Source of the DNA: an uncultured Alphaproteobacteria bacterium
GTDB taxonomy: Bacteria; Pseudomonadota; Alphaproteobacteria; RF32; CAG-239
Reading direction: 5' to 3'
Length of the DNA stretch: 64,000 bases
NCBI GenBank assembly: GCA_944392315.1
Contig: CALXWH010000001.1
Location: 703-64,702 of the forward strand
Positions 10,087-18,644 of this stretch are shown piece by piece (position 1 is the first letter of the stretch; each line of letters starts with the position of its first letter). The translations under genes were made by a program, and so were the position numbers. Below the pieces are notes generated by a model that saw nothing but the letters and a program-made list of their open reading frames with translations, searched no databases and was not told where the DNA came from.

Positions 10087-10121
10087 ATCTTCTCCCTTTT
10101 GTGTTCTTTAGAGGTGTTTTA

Positions 10122-11093
10122 TTAAGCCTCACCCGATGCTGTTCCGCTTTCAGACGGTTTATCTTCAGCAGGGATTACATCCGGCAACATTCCGATTGCT
10201 TTTTTACGTTTCAATTTATTCACAAATTTGATTGAGCGTTGAGCATCCCACTTTTTCTTTCCCTCTTCTCTTTGGAAAATGTGTTTATATATCTCTATTG
10301 CTTGGTCAAATTCGGATAACTTGGTTAAGCATGAAGCCAAACCATCATAAAGTTTATGATGATATCGTCCATCTACCAAATTTTTTGCTTTATTGTAGCA
10401 CTTTAGGGCATCTTTAAATTTGAACATTTTTTGGTATACAAAGCCAATACTAATCCAGGCTTGAATTTCTGTGCTATCTATGTTCAAAATCTTTGTAAAG
10501 CACTTTAAGGCCGAATCGTTATCGCCCATCAGTTGATAGGTTACTCCAATACCGTTCCAGGCTTTTACATTGGATTTATCTAAGGCTAAAACTTTCTTGA
10601 AATACCCGATAGCTCTCTCATACTGTTTCAATTTTTGCAGTGTTACCGCAATACTCAATAATGTTTGCGGATGTTTCGGGTCTATTTGATATGCTTGTTG
10701 TAAAACGTCCAGAGCTTCTTTAAATAAGAACATGTGTTGTAAAGCAATGGCTTTACCATTTAGGGCTTCCAATGAGGTCGGGTCATTAGCGTAGGCTTCT
10801 TCAAAGCAAGCTATAGCTTCTTTATAGCGGCCACGCATACTTAGCGTTACACCCTTATTGTTAAGTACTTCCACGGATTTCGGGTTGATTGCCAAGGCCT
10901 TATCAAAACATTCAACGGCCTCGGTATATTTGCTCATCTTTTGATAAGCAAAACCTTTTGAATTTATTGCTTTCCATGAATCGGGCTGTTGGGCTAAAAA
11001 CTCATCAAATTGAGCTATCGCCTCTTTGCACATTCCTGAATCTAAAAGTTCCTGCCCTCTCTTGTAGGCATTATTGTCACTTAACTTAACCAT
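10122..11093 (-). CDS. tetratricopeptide (TPR) repeat protein, no signal peptide
   Basis: About eight consecutive 34-aa TPR units (A..F...L...P....A....G......G.Y.EA pattern). First gene of the TPR/GT-C/GT-C operon. Confidence 0.85.
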   Translation of the reverse strand: MVKLSDNNAYKRGQELLDSGMCKEAIAQFDEFLAQQPDSWKAINSKGFAYQKMSKYTEAVECFDKALAINPKSVEVLNNKGVTLSMRGRYKEAIACFEEAYANDPTSLEALNGKAIALQHMFLFKEALDVLQQAYQIDPKHPQTLLSIAVTLQKLKQYERAIGYFKKVLALDKSNVKAWNGIGVTYQLMGDNDSALKCFTKILNIDSTEIQAWISIGFVYQKMFKFKDALKCYNKAKNLVDGRYHHKLYDGLASCLTKLSEFDQAIEIYKHIFQREEGKKKWDAQRSIKFVNKLKRKKAIGMLPDVIPAEDKPSESGTASGEA

Positions 11094-11230
11094 ATTCTTT
11101 CTCTACATAGTTTTACAAAATAATTTGTGAGGTATTATATGGTTACTTTTTTTCTTTTGTCAAGATAAAAAACTCCGAAACTCATCCCCTTATTTTCTAT
11201 TTTGAATCTCGTTATGTCTTGTACTATCTA

Positions 11231-11307
11231 TTGACAAAAAGCATTTTTGTTTGTATAGTCGTGGTCTTATTTATTAACTCTATGTTTCATTATTAAATTT
11301 TATCATT
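11231..11307 (+). promoter_or_regulatory. promoter TTGACA(11231)-17-TATAGT(11254) plus conserved leader box ATGTTTCATTATTAA (11282-11296), repeat-family member 1
   Basis: Near-consensus sigma70 hexamers. The leader box is conserved in all five family members. No Shine-Dalgarno before ATG 11308. Confidence 0.6.
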
Positions 11308-13137
11308 ATGGAAAAAACAAATGTTTGCAAACTTTCTTTTTGGAAGAAACATGCGCTGTTGCGTCAGTTGAAAAAAAATCCTGCTTCTGTTCCTCAACAG
11401 TATCAAGCGGCTTTATTGGATGCGGTATCGGCGAAGACTTTTCAGAATTACTATTCTGATTTTTCTAAGTTCGCACCAGAAGCTTTTGATGTTCTTTTGG
11501 AACCGCGCAACAAAGAGAAATTTAAGTATTGTAAATTCTGCGGCTTTACTCCTGATCAGCTTGCCAATGAATTTGTTCAAAAAGGAACTGATGAGCAGGT
11601 ACTTGATGTGCTGGAAACGCACTGTTGCACATTGGGCCATGTTCTTTTAGAACGTCCGTCTGAATTGTTTGAAAGATATGTCCGCCGAATGGAAACCATT
11701 CCTTTAAATTTATGGAAGGAAATCATCAAACAAAAACGGGAAGATTTGATTTTAATGTTTCTTAAATTCAGAAACCAAGATAATGTCTTATCTGAGCAGT
11801 ATGTGAATGCTCTTTTTGATTCTGCTTTGGAGAAAAGTATTCAGGCTTACTTGGAACAAAATTCTGTTTTTGGATTATCCAGAGTGAGCTTGTATATCTT
11901 GAAATCTGGCGATTTTGCCCTTTGCAAAAAGTTGCTTGAGAACAATCCATTAACATCTGCTGCAGAATATGATGCCTTGTTTAAGCTTAATCAGCCGGAA
12001 CTTATTTTGATACTGGTCAAAAAAATGCTTCAGGATGATGAGGATAATCCTTATGAGGTTCCGGATGATTTTGAGGTTGCTCTTATTGATAGCGGTGCTA
12101 TTGAAGCTATTAAGCTTTATATTCAATACAATCAACTTGATTATGGTGCAACTTTTCACCTTTTCAAATCCGGCAATGAGGAGCTTATTCGTTTCTATTT
12201 GGAATCTGATTACTTTAAGGATTGTAAAAAGTTTCCGTCCGATGCAGCCGCCATGTCTCTTTTTGCAGGAAATAACACCAGTTTGCAGTATTGTTATGAA
12301 AGTAAATTCGGTTTGCCTTATCAGTTGGAACGTGAGTTGGTCATTTCTGAACAAGATAGACTTGTCTCCTCTTCCAAAGATAAAAAACATACTGCTTATA
12401 CTCAAAGCAAATTTGCATCCTACATCTGTGCGCATGAGCTATATCCCTTGAACGCTGCACTGCTCATGGAAAAAGGCTCTATTGAAGATGCTCTTAATTA
12501 TTTCCAAAAGTATCCGTTACCGGATATTGCTGTGGTGGCTTTGTTCAAAAACGGGAAAGACAAGTTGCGTAAAGCCTATCTTGATTTTTTGCTTGAGCGT
12601 CAATTAACGGTTTGCGCCTGTGCTCAAAAGTATTTTGTGAAATTTGCGTCTAAACAGAAATTGATGACTTATTTGCAAAATATTTCTAAAGAGGCTTTGT
12701 GTGATGACGGTCAAATGGCTTTGTTGAAAAGAGAAGATATGGAGCTATGTCAAGTTTACACTAAGCGTTTCGGCTTTAGCTCTCCGGCTTTCATTGCTCT
12801 TATTCAATCTGGCTCGGTTGACTTTATCAAAGCCATCTTTCAGGAATATAGGCTGCCTAATGATGTTATCAAAGCAATGATTGAGAGCGGACGAAATTCC
12901 GTTATGATTGAGTTCTTTAAGGAATCTGATTTGGAAGAAGAATTTGAAAAAAAACTTATCCGGTCTAATTTTTCAAAGAATGAAAAAGCGGTTTGTTTCT
13001 ATCTGGATAAGTACGACTTGTTTGCAGATAATGAAGTTGAACTGCTCAAGCTCAACAACAAAAAAATGATTGAGGTATATTTGGCCAAACATTATCTATC
13101 CGAGAAAGCCACACAATTATATGCCTCTATGTATTAA
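11308..13137 (+). CDS. helical-repeat protein family member 1 (609 aa, about 26-31-aa repeat)
   Basis: Long ORF paralogous to the four genes downstream. Repeats include HLFKSGNEELIRFY, ALIDSGAIEAIKLYI and VELLKLNNKKMIEVYL. No signal peptide or TM segment. Confidence 0.85.
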   Translation: MEKTNVCKLSFWKKHALLRQLKKNPASVPQQYQAALLDAVSAKTFQNYYSDFSKFAPEAFDVLLEPRNKEKFKYCKFCGFTPDQLANEFVQKGTDEQVLDVLETHCCTLGHVLLERPSELFERYVRRMETIPLNLWKEIIKQKREDLILMFLKFRNQDNVLSEQYVNALFDSALEKSIQAYLEQNSVFGLSRVSLYILKSGDFALCKKLLENNPLTSAAEYDALFKLNQPELILILVKKMLQDDEDNPYEVPDDFEVALIDSGAIEAIKLYIQYNQLDYGATFHLFKSGNEELIRFYLESDYFKDCKKFPSDAAAMSLFAGNNTSLQYCYESKFGLPYQLERELVISEQDRLVSSSKDKKHTAYTQSKFASYICAHELYPLNAALLMEKGSIEDALNYFQKYPLPDIAVVALFKNGKDKLRKAYLDFLLERQLTVCACAQKYFVKFASKQKLMTYLQNISKEALCDDGQMALLKREDMELCQVYTKRFGFSSPAFIALIQSGSVDFIKAIFQEYRLPNDVIKAMIESGRNSVMIEFFKESDLEEEFEKKLIRSNFSKNEKAVCFYLDKYDLFADNEVELLKLNNKKMIEVYLAKHYLSEKATQLYASMY

Positions 13138-13153
13138 ATGTGTTTTATTTGAA

Positions 13154-13186
13154 CTGCTTCCGTGTTTTCGGAGGCAGTTTTTTTTG
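13154..13186 (+). terminator. rho-independent terminator of member 1
   Basis: ctgcttccg/tgtttt/cggaggcag followed by T9. Confidence 0.75.
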
Positions 13187-13195
13187 ACTTTTTTG

Positions 13196-13272
13196 TTGAC
13201 TTAAATATTTTTTTCTTTACGATTTTGTTCAGATTATTAACTTTATGTTTTACTATTAATTTTTTATCTATT
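13196..13272 (+). promoter_or_regulatory. promoter TTGACT(13196)-16-TACGAT(13218) plus leader box ATGTTTTACTATTAA (13245-13259), member 2
   Basis: Same geometry as the other family members. Confidence 0.5.
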
Positions 13273-15048
13273 ATGAATGCTTATCAATTAAAAACACCTT
13301 CGTTCTTGGAAACCGGGTGGCAGATTTTGCTTTTTCTGCTTTTTCAGAAAGAAATTGCGCAAAAGTATCATACTCAAATGGTCTTGCTCCGCGGATGTTC
13401 GCAGAAATTTCTTTTTCTGTATGTGAAAAAATTTTCGCTGTCTAATGGTGCTTTAATACTTTTATTTCAAAAAGCAGATAAAGCCTTTCTTCAACATTTT
13501 TTATCTCATTATTACTGGGATTTTCCTCAAGATTGTGAACAAATTCTCTTAGACAGATTTGGACACGAATTTCTGATTGACAATGCTAATTGGACGTTGT
13601 CTACACAGGCTGAATTGACTTTACTGCAACAAGGAAATGTGGAGCTGATAAAAAAATATATAGCTAAGTATGTTTTTACTCCTGAAGCCGAAGTGGAATT
13701 TTTTAAATTGCCTTTTCTTACTTTGCAAGAAGCTTATACAGAAAAAAATAACTTAAGTCAAATTACGGAAAAATTTTTGCTTGAAACGAAAAAATTTAAC
13801 CTGCTGTCTATTCACTTTTCTCAATTTGGGTTGAGTGATAAGCTGGTGGAAACATTTTATCAAAATGCTCCTAATGATTTGATTTCAAGATATTTGAGTC
13901 ATTCTGCCGGTTATCCTTCCGATAAGGAATTTAAAATTCTTTTATCTAAATCTGTTGCTGACTTTATTAAACAATTGGTTTTAAGTTTTAATGAGCTGCA
14001 TCTGCTTCACCTTAAAATGTTGCTCAAATCTAAAAATGTTGTTTTAGTCCGAGCGTATCTTGAGCAAAAAGCCGAACAAGCATCTTCTTTGCCCGATACG
14101 GTTTGGAGAGGTTTGTTTGATACTTCTGACTTGAAGAAGCTCCTTCAATTTGCCTTAGAACATTTTGATTTACCCGAGGAATTTGAGATTTGTTTATTTA
14201 AATCGCAATTTTTGGATTTATTAGAGAGCTATACTCATAATCATGCTTTTCAAAACTGGGGCTTTCCGATGTTGCTGGCTCTAGGAAAACGAGATCTTTT
14301 ATTGAATTATCTGAGTTTCCATAAACTCTCTTGGAGTGATGAGTGTTTACTTATTGAGCAAAAAGATGAAGAACTGATTGCTTGGTATCTTAAAAAACAT
14401 TCTTTGAGCTCGTATGCTCTAGGATATAGGATTAAATCGGCAAACTTTTTTAAGGCGCTGGAAATTGTGCAATCTCTTGATAAGTTTGATGATTTTGTTC
14501 TTGATGCTTTATTTTATCATAATGAAGAGGAATTGTGGTGTGTGTATCTTTCTTTCTGCAAATATCGTTTAAAACCCGATATATTGCTCAAATTTGCTGA
14601 AAAGGCTGGTGTTAACATCATTCTTGACTATCTTTCACACTACTTGATTGATGGTGAACTTGACTTAAAACTTGATGATTCAAAATTTGAGGATATACTC
14701 TATTTAACGTTTTATAAAAGGCAACAAGAAGAACTTACATCTTTTTTGATGAAGCATACACCGCTGACGGATATTCGCGATTATTGGTTTATTAGCTATT
14801 CTTCTTATGACTTTATTAAGCAATTGCTGGAAAAGTTGTTTAATGAGAATATATGGCTTTCTGCCGAAGCTGAAAAAGAGTTAATTTTCAGAAAATATGA
14901 AGATTTATTGCGACTTTATTTTTCGCATCATTCTTTATATCAAGAAAATCTTTTCCTTATGGCGCAATTACTTTCTCCTGAACTTATGAGAGACTATTTG
15001 CTGAGCCACCGAGAAGACAACAACTTCATTCAACAACTGTTATCTTAA
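13273..15048 (+). CDS. helical-repeat protein family member 2 (591 aa)
   Basis: Start moved to ATG 13273 because the promoter, leader box and spacing align with the other members. The ORF-track start at 13162 lies inside the member 1 terminator and the promoter. Confidence 0.8.
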   Translation: MNAYQLKTPSFLETGWQILLFLLFQKEIAQKYHTQMVLLRGCSQKFLFLYVKKFSLSNGALILLFQKADKAFLQHFLSHYYWDFPQDCEQILLDRFGHEFLIDNANWTLSTQAELTLLQQGNVELIKKYIAKYVFTPEAEVEFFKLPFLTLQEAYTEKNNLSQITEKFLLETKKFNLLSIHFSQFGLSDKLVETFYQNAPNDLISRYLSHSAGYPSDKEFKILLSKSVADFIKQLVLSFNELHLLHLKMLLKSKNVVLVRAYLEQKAEQASSLPDTVWRGLFDTSDLKKLLQFALEHFDLPEEFEICLFKSQFLDLLESYTHNHAFQNWGFPMLLALGKRDLLLNYLSFHKLSWSDECLLIEQKDEELIAWYLKKHSLSSYALGYRIKSANFFKALEIVQSLDKFDDFVLDALFYHNEEELWCVYLSFCKYRLKPDILLKFAEKAGVNIILDYLSHYLIDGELDLKLDDSKFEDILYLTFYKRQQEELTSFLMKHTPLTDIRDYWFISYSSYDFIKQLLEKLFNENIWLSAEAEKELIFRKYEDLLRLYFSHHSLYQENLFLMAQLLSPELMRDYLLSHREDNNFIQQLLS

Positions 15049-15059
15049 TCAGTTTTACG

Positions 15060-15090
15060 GCCTTTCCTTATTTTAAGGAAAGGCTTTTTT
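15060..15090 (+). terminator. rho-independent terminator of member 2
   Basis: gcctttcctta/ttt/taaggaaaggc followed by T6. Confidence 0.8.
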
Positions 15091-15102
15091 ATTTGCCTTT
15101 TA

Positions 15103-15178
15103 TTGACAAAAAAATTTTTTAGATTTAATTTGAACGTACTTTTATAATTTTATGTTTCACTATTAATTTTTTATCATT
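15103..15178 (+). promoter_or_regulatory. promoter TTGACA(15103)-17-TAATTT(15126) plus leader box ATGTTTCACTATTAA (15152-15166), member 3
   Basis: Same geometry as the other family members. Confidence 0.55.
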
Positions 15179-16936
15179 ATGGAAAATGAAGTAAAAAGAC
15201 CTTCGGTTTATATTACCAGATTTGAAGTACGGAAATTCCAAATAAATCATCTGTACACAATTCCTCCTAAACATCATCTGAATATGGTTGAGCTTAAAGG
15301 ATGTTCTAAAAAGACTTTGGCTTTGTACTTAGAGTATGGTCATGTCCTCTCTGACGAAGCTCTGCTGTTTTTATTGAAAAATAACAATACTGAAATGTTT
15401 CAATTTATAGCAGAACACGCTATTAATGTCTCTCTTGCTTCCGAAACTGAGAAGACTATTATTGCTCAATTCGGGTATGAGATATTGTTAAAAAATAATA
15501 TTCGGCTGTCAGAAAGCAGTACTTTGAAATTTTTACAAGAAACGAATGCTGAGAGTATATCTTCTTCGTATTTACGCTGTCTGACAATTTCTCCGGCAAC
15601 GGAGGCTTGTCTGTTAGAGCTGAAGAATGCTGAGCTTGCTTCTCAATATCTGGCTAATCATATTGTTTATCCGGAAAATCGGCGGCTCATTTTGTTGTAT
15701 GATGATCCTGAGGTGTATAGGGCTTTTGTTCAACGTAACAATTTTAATGATGTCTTTACAGATATCATCAAAACAAAATCCTTAGAGATTTTCAAAATTG
15801 CTTTGGAATATCAACACCCTATTTTGTTAGAAGACGAGAAAATCTTGATTGATAAAAATGATCCGGCCTTCGTTCAGGCTTTTGTTGAACAGGTTAATTT
15901 TTCTGATGAAGCTATTGAATATTTGGTACAAAAGGCATCTGATGAATTGTTTACAATTGTAGTTGATTATTCTTCTTTTTCAACTGACGATTGGCCTGAT
16001 AGTTTCTATCAAAGACTTTTTGAGCCTCGGCATCTTGATCTTCTTAAAAAATATTTGCAGGCGTGTGCTCTTCCCGGTAAATTTGAAGTTCGTTTGCTTG
16101 AAAGCGGGGATAAAGAGTTAATTGATCTTTATTTTGAAAATGGCGATATCGTCATTTCTTTAGATGCAAAAATTTGGCTTTTGAAACATCCGCAATCAGA
16201 ATATGCTGATGATTTGCTCGGAAAAGTTGATGATTTAGGATATTTTGGAGAAGCGAGACTTTTTAAGTCTGGTGACAGTGAAAAAATACAACATTATCTT
16301 TCATTGCGTGCTATCAGTTCAATTAGTGAGGTAGCTCTCTTTAAGTATGCGCCTTTGCCTATTTTACGTGAATATTTTGCTCATAATACGTTGGATGAAC
16401 CAGCTGTTATCTCTCTTATTCACAGAAAAGATTTTGAGGTTTTGAAAATTTTTTGGGAATTAGGATTGCGGTTTGACGGAATCGCTTTGGAAATTTTCTT
16501 AGCCGAATCTGATGATGATACTGTTTTGTCCTACTTTATGTTTTTGGAGCAAAATGATGAGTTCTGTAACTTGGCTTGCGAAGAAGATTCAGAAGAAATC
16601 AGTATTATGTTATATCAACGTCATTTGGTGAAATCTGCCTCTTTCTTTGTTTCTAAAGCTCGGCTTTCTAATCAAGCTGAATGTGTCATGGTGCAAATGG
16701 CTCCACGAGAACTTATTTACGAATATATTCAGACAAATTCTCTAACACCTTCGGCTGAGAAGTTTTTGCTCTGCCATTACGATGAGGAGTTGATTCGTCA
16801 ATATGTTTCTAAACATAAATTGGATACAGATAATGAAAGTTTCCTTTTCTGCTTTGATGATTTGGATTTGATAAAATTCTATCAGAAAGAGCATGGCTTT
16901 TCCGATGCGTTTATTGTTGATGGAATTGAGGCTTAA
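15179..16936 (+). CDS. helical-repeat protein family member 3 (585 aa)
   Basis: Paralog. The C-terminus shows exact 26-aa units: LTPSAEKFLLCHYDEELIRQYVSKHK / LDTDNESFLFCFDDLDLIKFYQKEHG. Confidence 0.85.
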   Translation: MENEVKRPSVYITRFEVRKFQINHLYTIPPKHHLNMVELKGCSKKTLALYLEYGHVLSDEALLFLLKNNNTEMFQFIAEHAINVSLASETEKTIIAQFGYEILLKNNIRLSESSTLKFLQETNAESISSSYLRCLTISPATEACLLELKNAELASQYLANHIVYPENRRLILLYDDPEVYRAFVQRNNFNDVFTDIIKTKSLEIFKIALEYQHPILLEDEKILIDKNDPAFVQAFVEQVNFSDEAIEYLVQKASDELFTIVVDYSSFSTDDWPDSFYQRLFEPRHLDLLKKYLQACALPGKFEVRLLESGDKELIDLYFENGDIVISLDAKIWLLKHPQSEYADDLLGKVDDLGYFGEARLFKSGDSEKIQHYLSLRAISSISEVALFKYAPLPILREYFAHNTLDEPAVISLIHRKDFEVLKIFWELGLRFDGIALEIFLAESDDDTVLSYFMFLEQNDEFCNLACEEDSEEISIMLYQRHLVKSASFFVSKARLSNQAECVMVQMAPRELIYEYIQTNSLTPSAEKFLLCHYDEELIRQYVSKHKLDTDNESFLFCFDDLDLIKFYQKEHGFSDAFIVDGIEA

Positions 16937-16955
16937 TAACTTCTTTGTAAAAAAA

Positions 16956-16985
16956 AACTCCTTTCCTTGCGAGAGGAGTTTTTTA
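16956..16985 (+). terminator. rho-independent terminator of member 3
   Basis: aactcctttc/cttgc/gagaggagtt followed by T6. Confidence 0.75.
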
Positions 16986-17061
16986 TTGACTCAAATTCTT
17001 TTCTAATCTACCTTTTCGTCAGTTAGATAATTTTATGTTTCATTATTAAAACTTTATTGTT
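16986..17061 (+). promoter_or_regulatory. promoter TTGACT(16986)-17-TACCTT(17009) plus leader box ATGTTTCATTATTAA (17035-17049), member 4
   Basis: Same geometry as the other family members. Confidence 0.5.
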
Positions 17062-17976
17062 ATGGAAGAAAAAGTTTGCCCTGATAAGGCGCAGTTGTTG
17101 AAAAAAGCAAAATGGGCTATTCGTCGCTCTTATTGGCTTAATCATCGTTTACCTGAAGAATATCACTCTGTTCTGGTTAATCTGGAATGTTGTTCTTTAC
17201 ATTGTTTGCGGGTTTGTCTGCAAAATTGCTCTTTATCGGCTGAAGCTGAAGCGCTCTTGTTTGATAAATATGTTAATGACCATCCCGATATCCTTAGAGA
17301 TTATATTTGTGCACATGGAGCTACTTTAGCGCTATTGTCCAGGATTATTGAAAATAAAAATCTGGAATTGCTGGAGTGTTTCTTGGATAGAAGGAAATAC
17401 TATTGTGAGACATTTATTTTACCACTTGATGCGCAGATTGTACTTGTGGAGTCTAATGATGTTGATTTTTTTCAGAAAGTCTTAAACTTAGGTGTCCAAT
17501 TAGCTGATACGGCTTTTGAACATTTGCTTCAACGCGGTAATTTTGAAATGCTTGAAGTTTACTGCCCATTTTGTTTTAGAAAAGATACTAAATCTTATCT
17601 GCATAATCAGTGGTTTAATGTTGTATTTCAACACCATGATATGAAAACCATTGAATTGCTCTTAAGTTACTTTAAGCTCACTTATGAAGCTTTGGTAAAA
17701 TTGGTAGACACTGGGTATAAGGATTTGGTTGCAACTTATTTCAAAACAAATGATGTTGACAAGGATATTCAGTGCAAAATTGCACAGAGCACTCATAAAA
17801 AACTTATTGCTCTATACTTGCAAAATAAGCCTTTTGGCAAAACGGCGCAACTTGCTCTGGTCAAGTCTGGGTATAAGGATTTGCTCAAAATGCATTATTT
17901 AAAGTATGGTTTGAACGACGAGGTTATTGTTTTTCAGGCCAGCCTTAATTTTGTTAAAAGCTATTTAGGCGTTTGA
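17062..17976 (+). CDS. helical-repeat protein family member 4 (304 aa)
   Basis: Paralog with shared N-terminal module YHSVLVNLECCSLHCLRVCLQNCSLSAEAEALLF. Repeats include HLLQRGNFEMLEVY, KLVDTGYKDLVATYF and LALVKSGYKDLLKMHY. Confidence 0.85.
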   Translation: MEEKVCPDKAQLLKKAKWAIRRSYWLNHRLPEEYHSVLVNLECCSLHCLRVCLQNCSLSAEAEALLFDKYVNDHPDILRDYICAHGATLALLSRIIENKNLELLECFLDRRKYYCETFILPLDAQIVLVESNDVDFFQKVLNLGVQLADTAFEHLLQRGNFEMLEVYCPFCFRKDTKSYLHNQWFNVVFQHHDMKTIELLLSYFKLTYEALVKLVDTGYKDLVATYFKTNDVDKDIQCKIAQSTHKKLIALYLQNKPFGKTAQLALVKSGYKDLLKMHYLKYGLNDEVIVFQASLNFVKSYLGV

Positions 17977-17992
17977 AACTTTTGCTACTTTT

Positions 17993-18020
17993 AAAGCCCC
18001 GAAAACTCGGGGCTTTTTTT
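17993..18020. terminator. bidirectional terminator shared by member 4 and the convergent gene 18019-18486
   Basis: aaagccccg/aaaact/cggggcttt followed by T7. The stop codon of the minus-strand gene lies in the T-run. Confidence 0.75.
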
Positions 18021-18486
18021 ATTTTACAGATTGCAACTGTTGAGGGGTGACAACGTAGCAGTTTTCCTGTATATGGCAGATTTGCTCTGCAATAATGTCG
18101 CCTTCTATATCATATATACTGTTTATGCGTTTGTTGTATCCAAACGGAATATTCCCCGTATTGCGAATATTGTCCAAAGTCCAGTATAAATCTAAGGAGA
18201 CATACCCTCCATACATGGTTGATAACATTTTGGTTATCTGGTGGCTTCCATGAAATGCATATTTTCTTTTTGATGGTGCAGTTGGATATTCTACCAATAC
18301 CTGTATTTCTTCCGGCTCTATTTTCGCAATATATTTTGCTCCGGCAATGTAGGTTGCAGCACCTCCCTCTCTACTATTACCAACATAGTGAAAATAGAAA
18401 ACATCATTTCTTTTGGACACTAATTTTACATGCATATTTTTTTCTATATATGCAAGAAATTTCTGTTCTTGTTCTTGATTTATCAT
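18019..18486 (-). CDS. hypothetical protein (155 aa) embedded antisense within the repeat-family cluster
   Basis: Clean ORF with no SD, no signal peptide and no motif recognised. Confidence 0.55.
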   Translation of the reverse strand: MINQEQEQKFLAYIEKNMHVKLVSKRNDVFYFHYVGNSREGGAATYIAGAKYIAKIEPEEIQVLVEYPTAPSKRKYAFHGSHQITKMLSTMYGGYVSLDLYWTLDNIRNTGNIPFGYNKRINSIYDIEGDIIAEQICHIQENCYVVTPQQLQSVK

Positions 18487-18568
18487 ATGCGTATGTTTTT
18501 AATTGTTATAATAATTTTTTTACTGTTCCTAATTTTATATTTTTTCTATTTTTTGTCAATAACCTTTC

Positions 18569-18644
18569 TTGACAATTTTAAGCTCCTCTTTATAATGTGC
18601 GTATCAACTTAATTTTATGTCGTACTATTTTATTTTTTACAATT
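18569..18644 (+). promoter_or_regulatory. promoter TTGACA(18569)-16-TATAAT(18591) plus degenerate leader box ATGTCGTACTATTTT (18617-18631), member 5
   Basis: Consensus hexamers. The box is recognisable, but the TAA is lost, so the mini-ORF runs on to 18658 and overlaps the main ATG out of frame. Confidence 0.6.

Noticed and set aside
11950-12451. 161-aa minus-strand ORF and 138-aa alternative-frame ORF inside family member 1.
   Set aside because: These are low-complexity Ile/Leu/Phe/Lys-rich translations typical of off-frame reading of AT-rich coding DNA. There is no RBS, and they lie fully inside a much longer, paralog-supported ORF.
11308-13137. Homopolymeric A7-A8 tracts in family genes (for example ttgaaaaaaaatcc near 11371 and tttgaaaaaaaactt near 12945) as possible slipped-strand phase-variation switches.
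   Set aside because: A-runs of this length are common throughout this AT-rich window, including in housekeeping genes. They are not positionally conserved among the paralogs.
13162-13272. The ORF-track start at 13162 gives family member 2 a 37-codon N-terminal extension (MFSEAVFFDFFVDLNIFFFTILF...).
   Set aside because: The extension is translated from the member 1 terminator T-run, the TTGACT promoter and the conserved leader box. Alignment with the other four members places the real start at ATG 13273.
18219-18612. 117-aa and 60-aa + strand ORFs over the 18019-18486 gene and the divergent promoter region.
   Set aside because: They are Phe/Leu/Ile-rich off-frame or intergenic translations of AT-rich DNA, and they overlap the mapped promoter and leader of family member 5.
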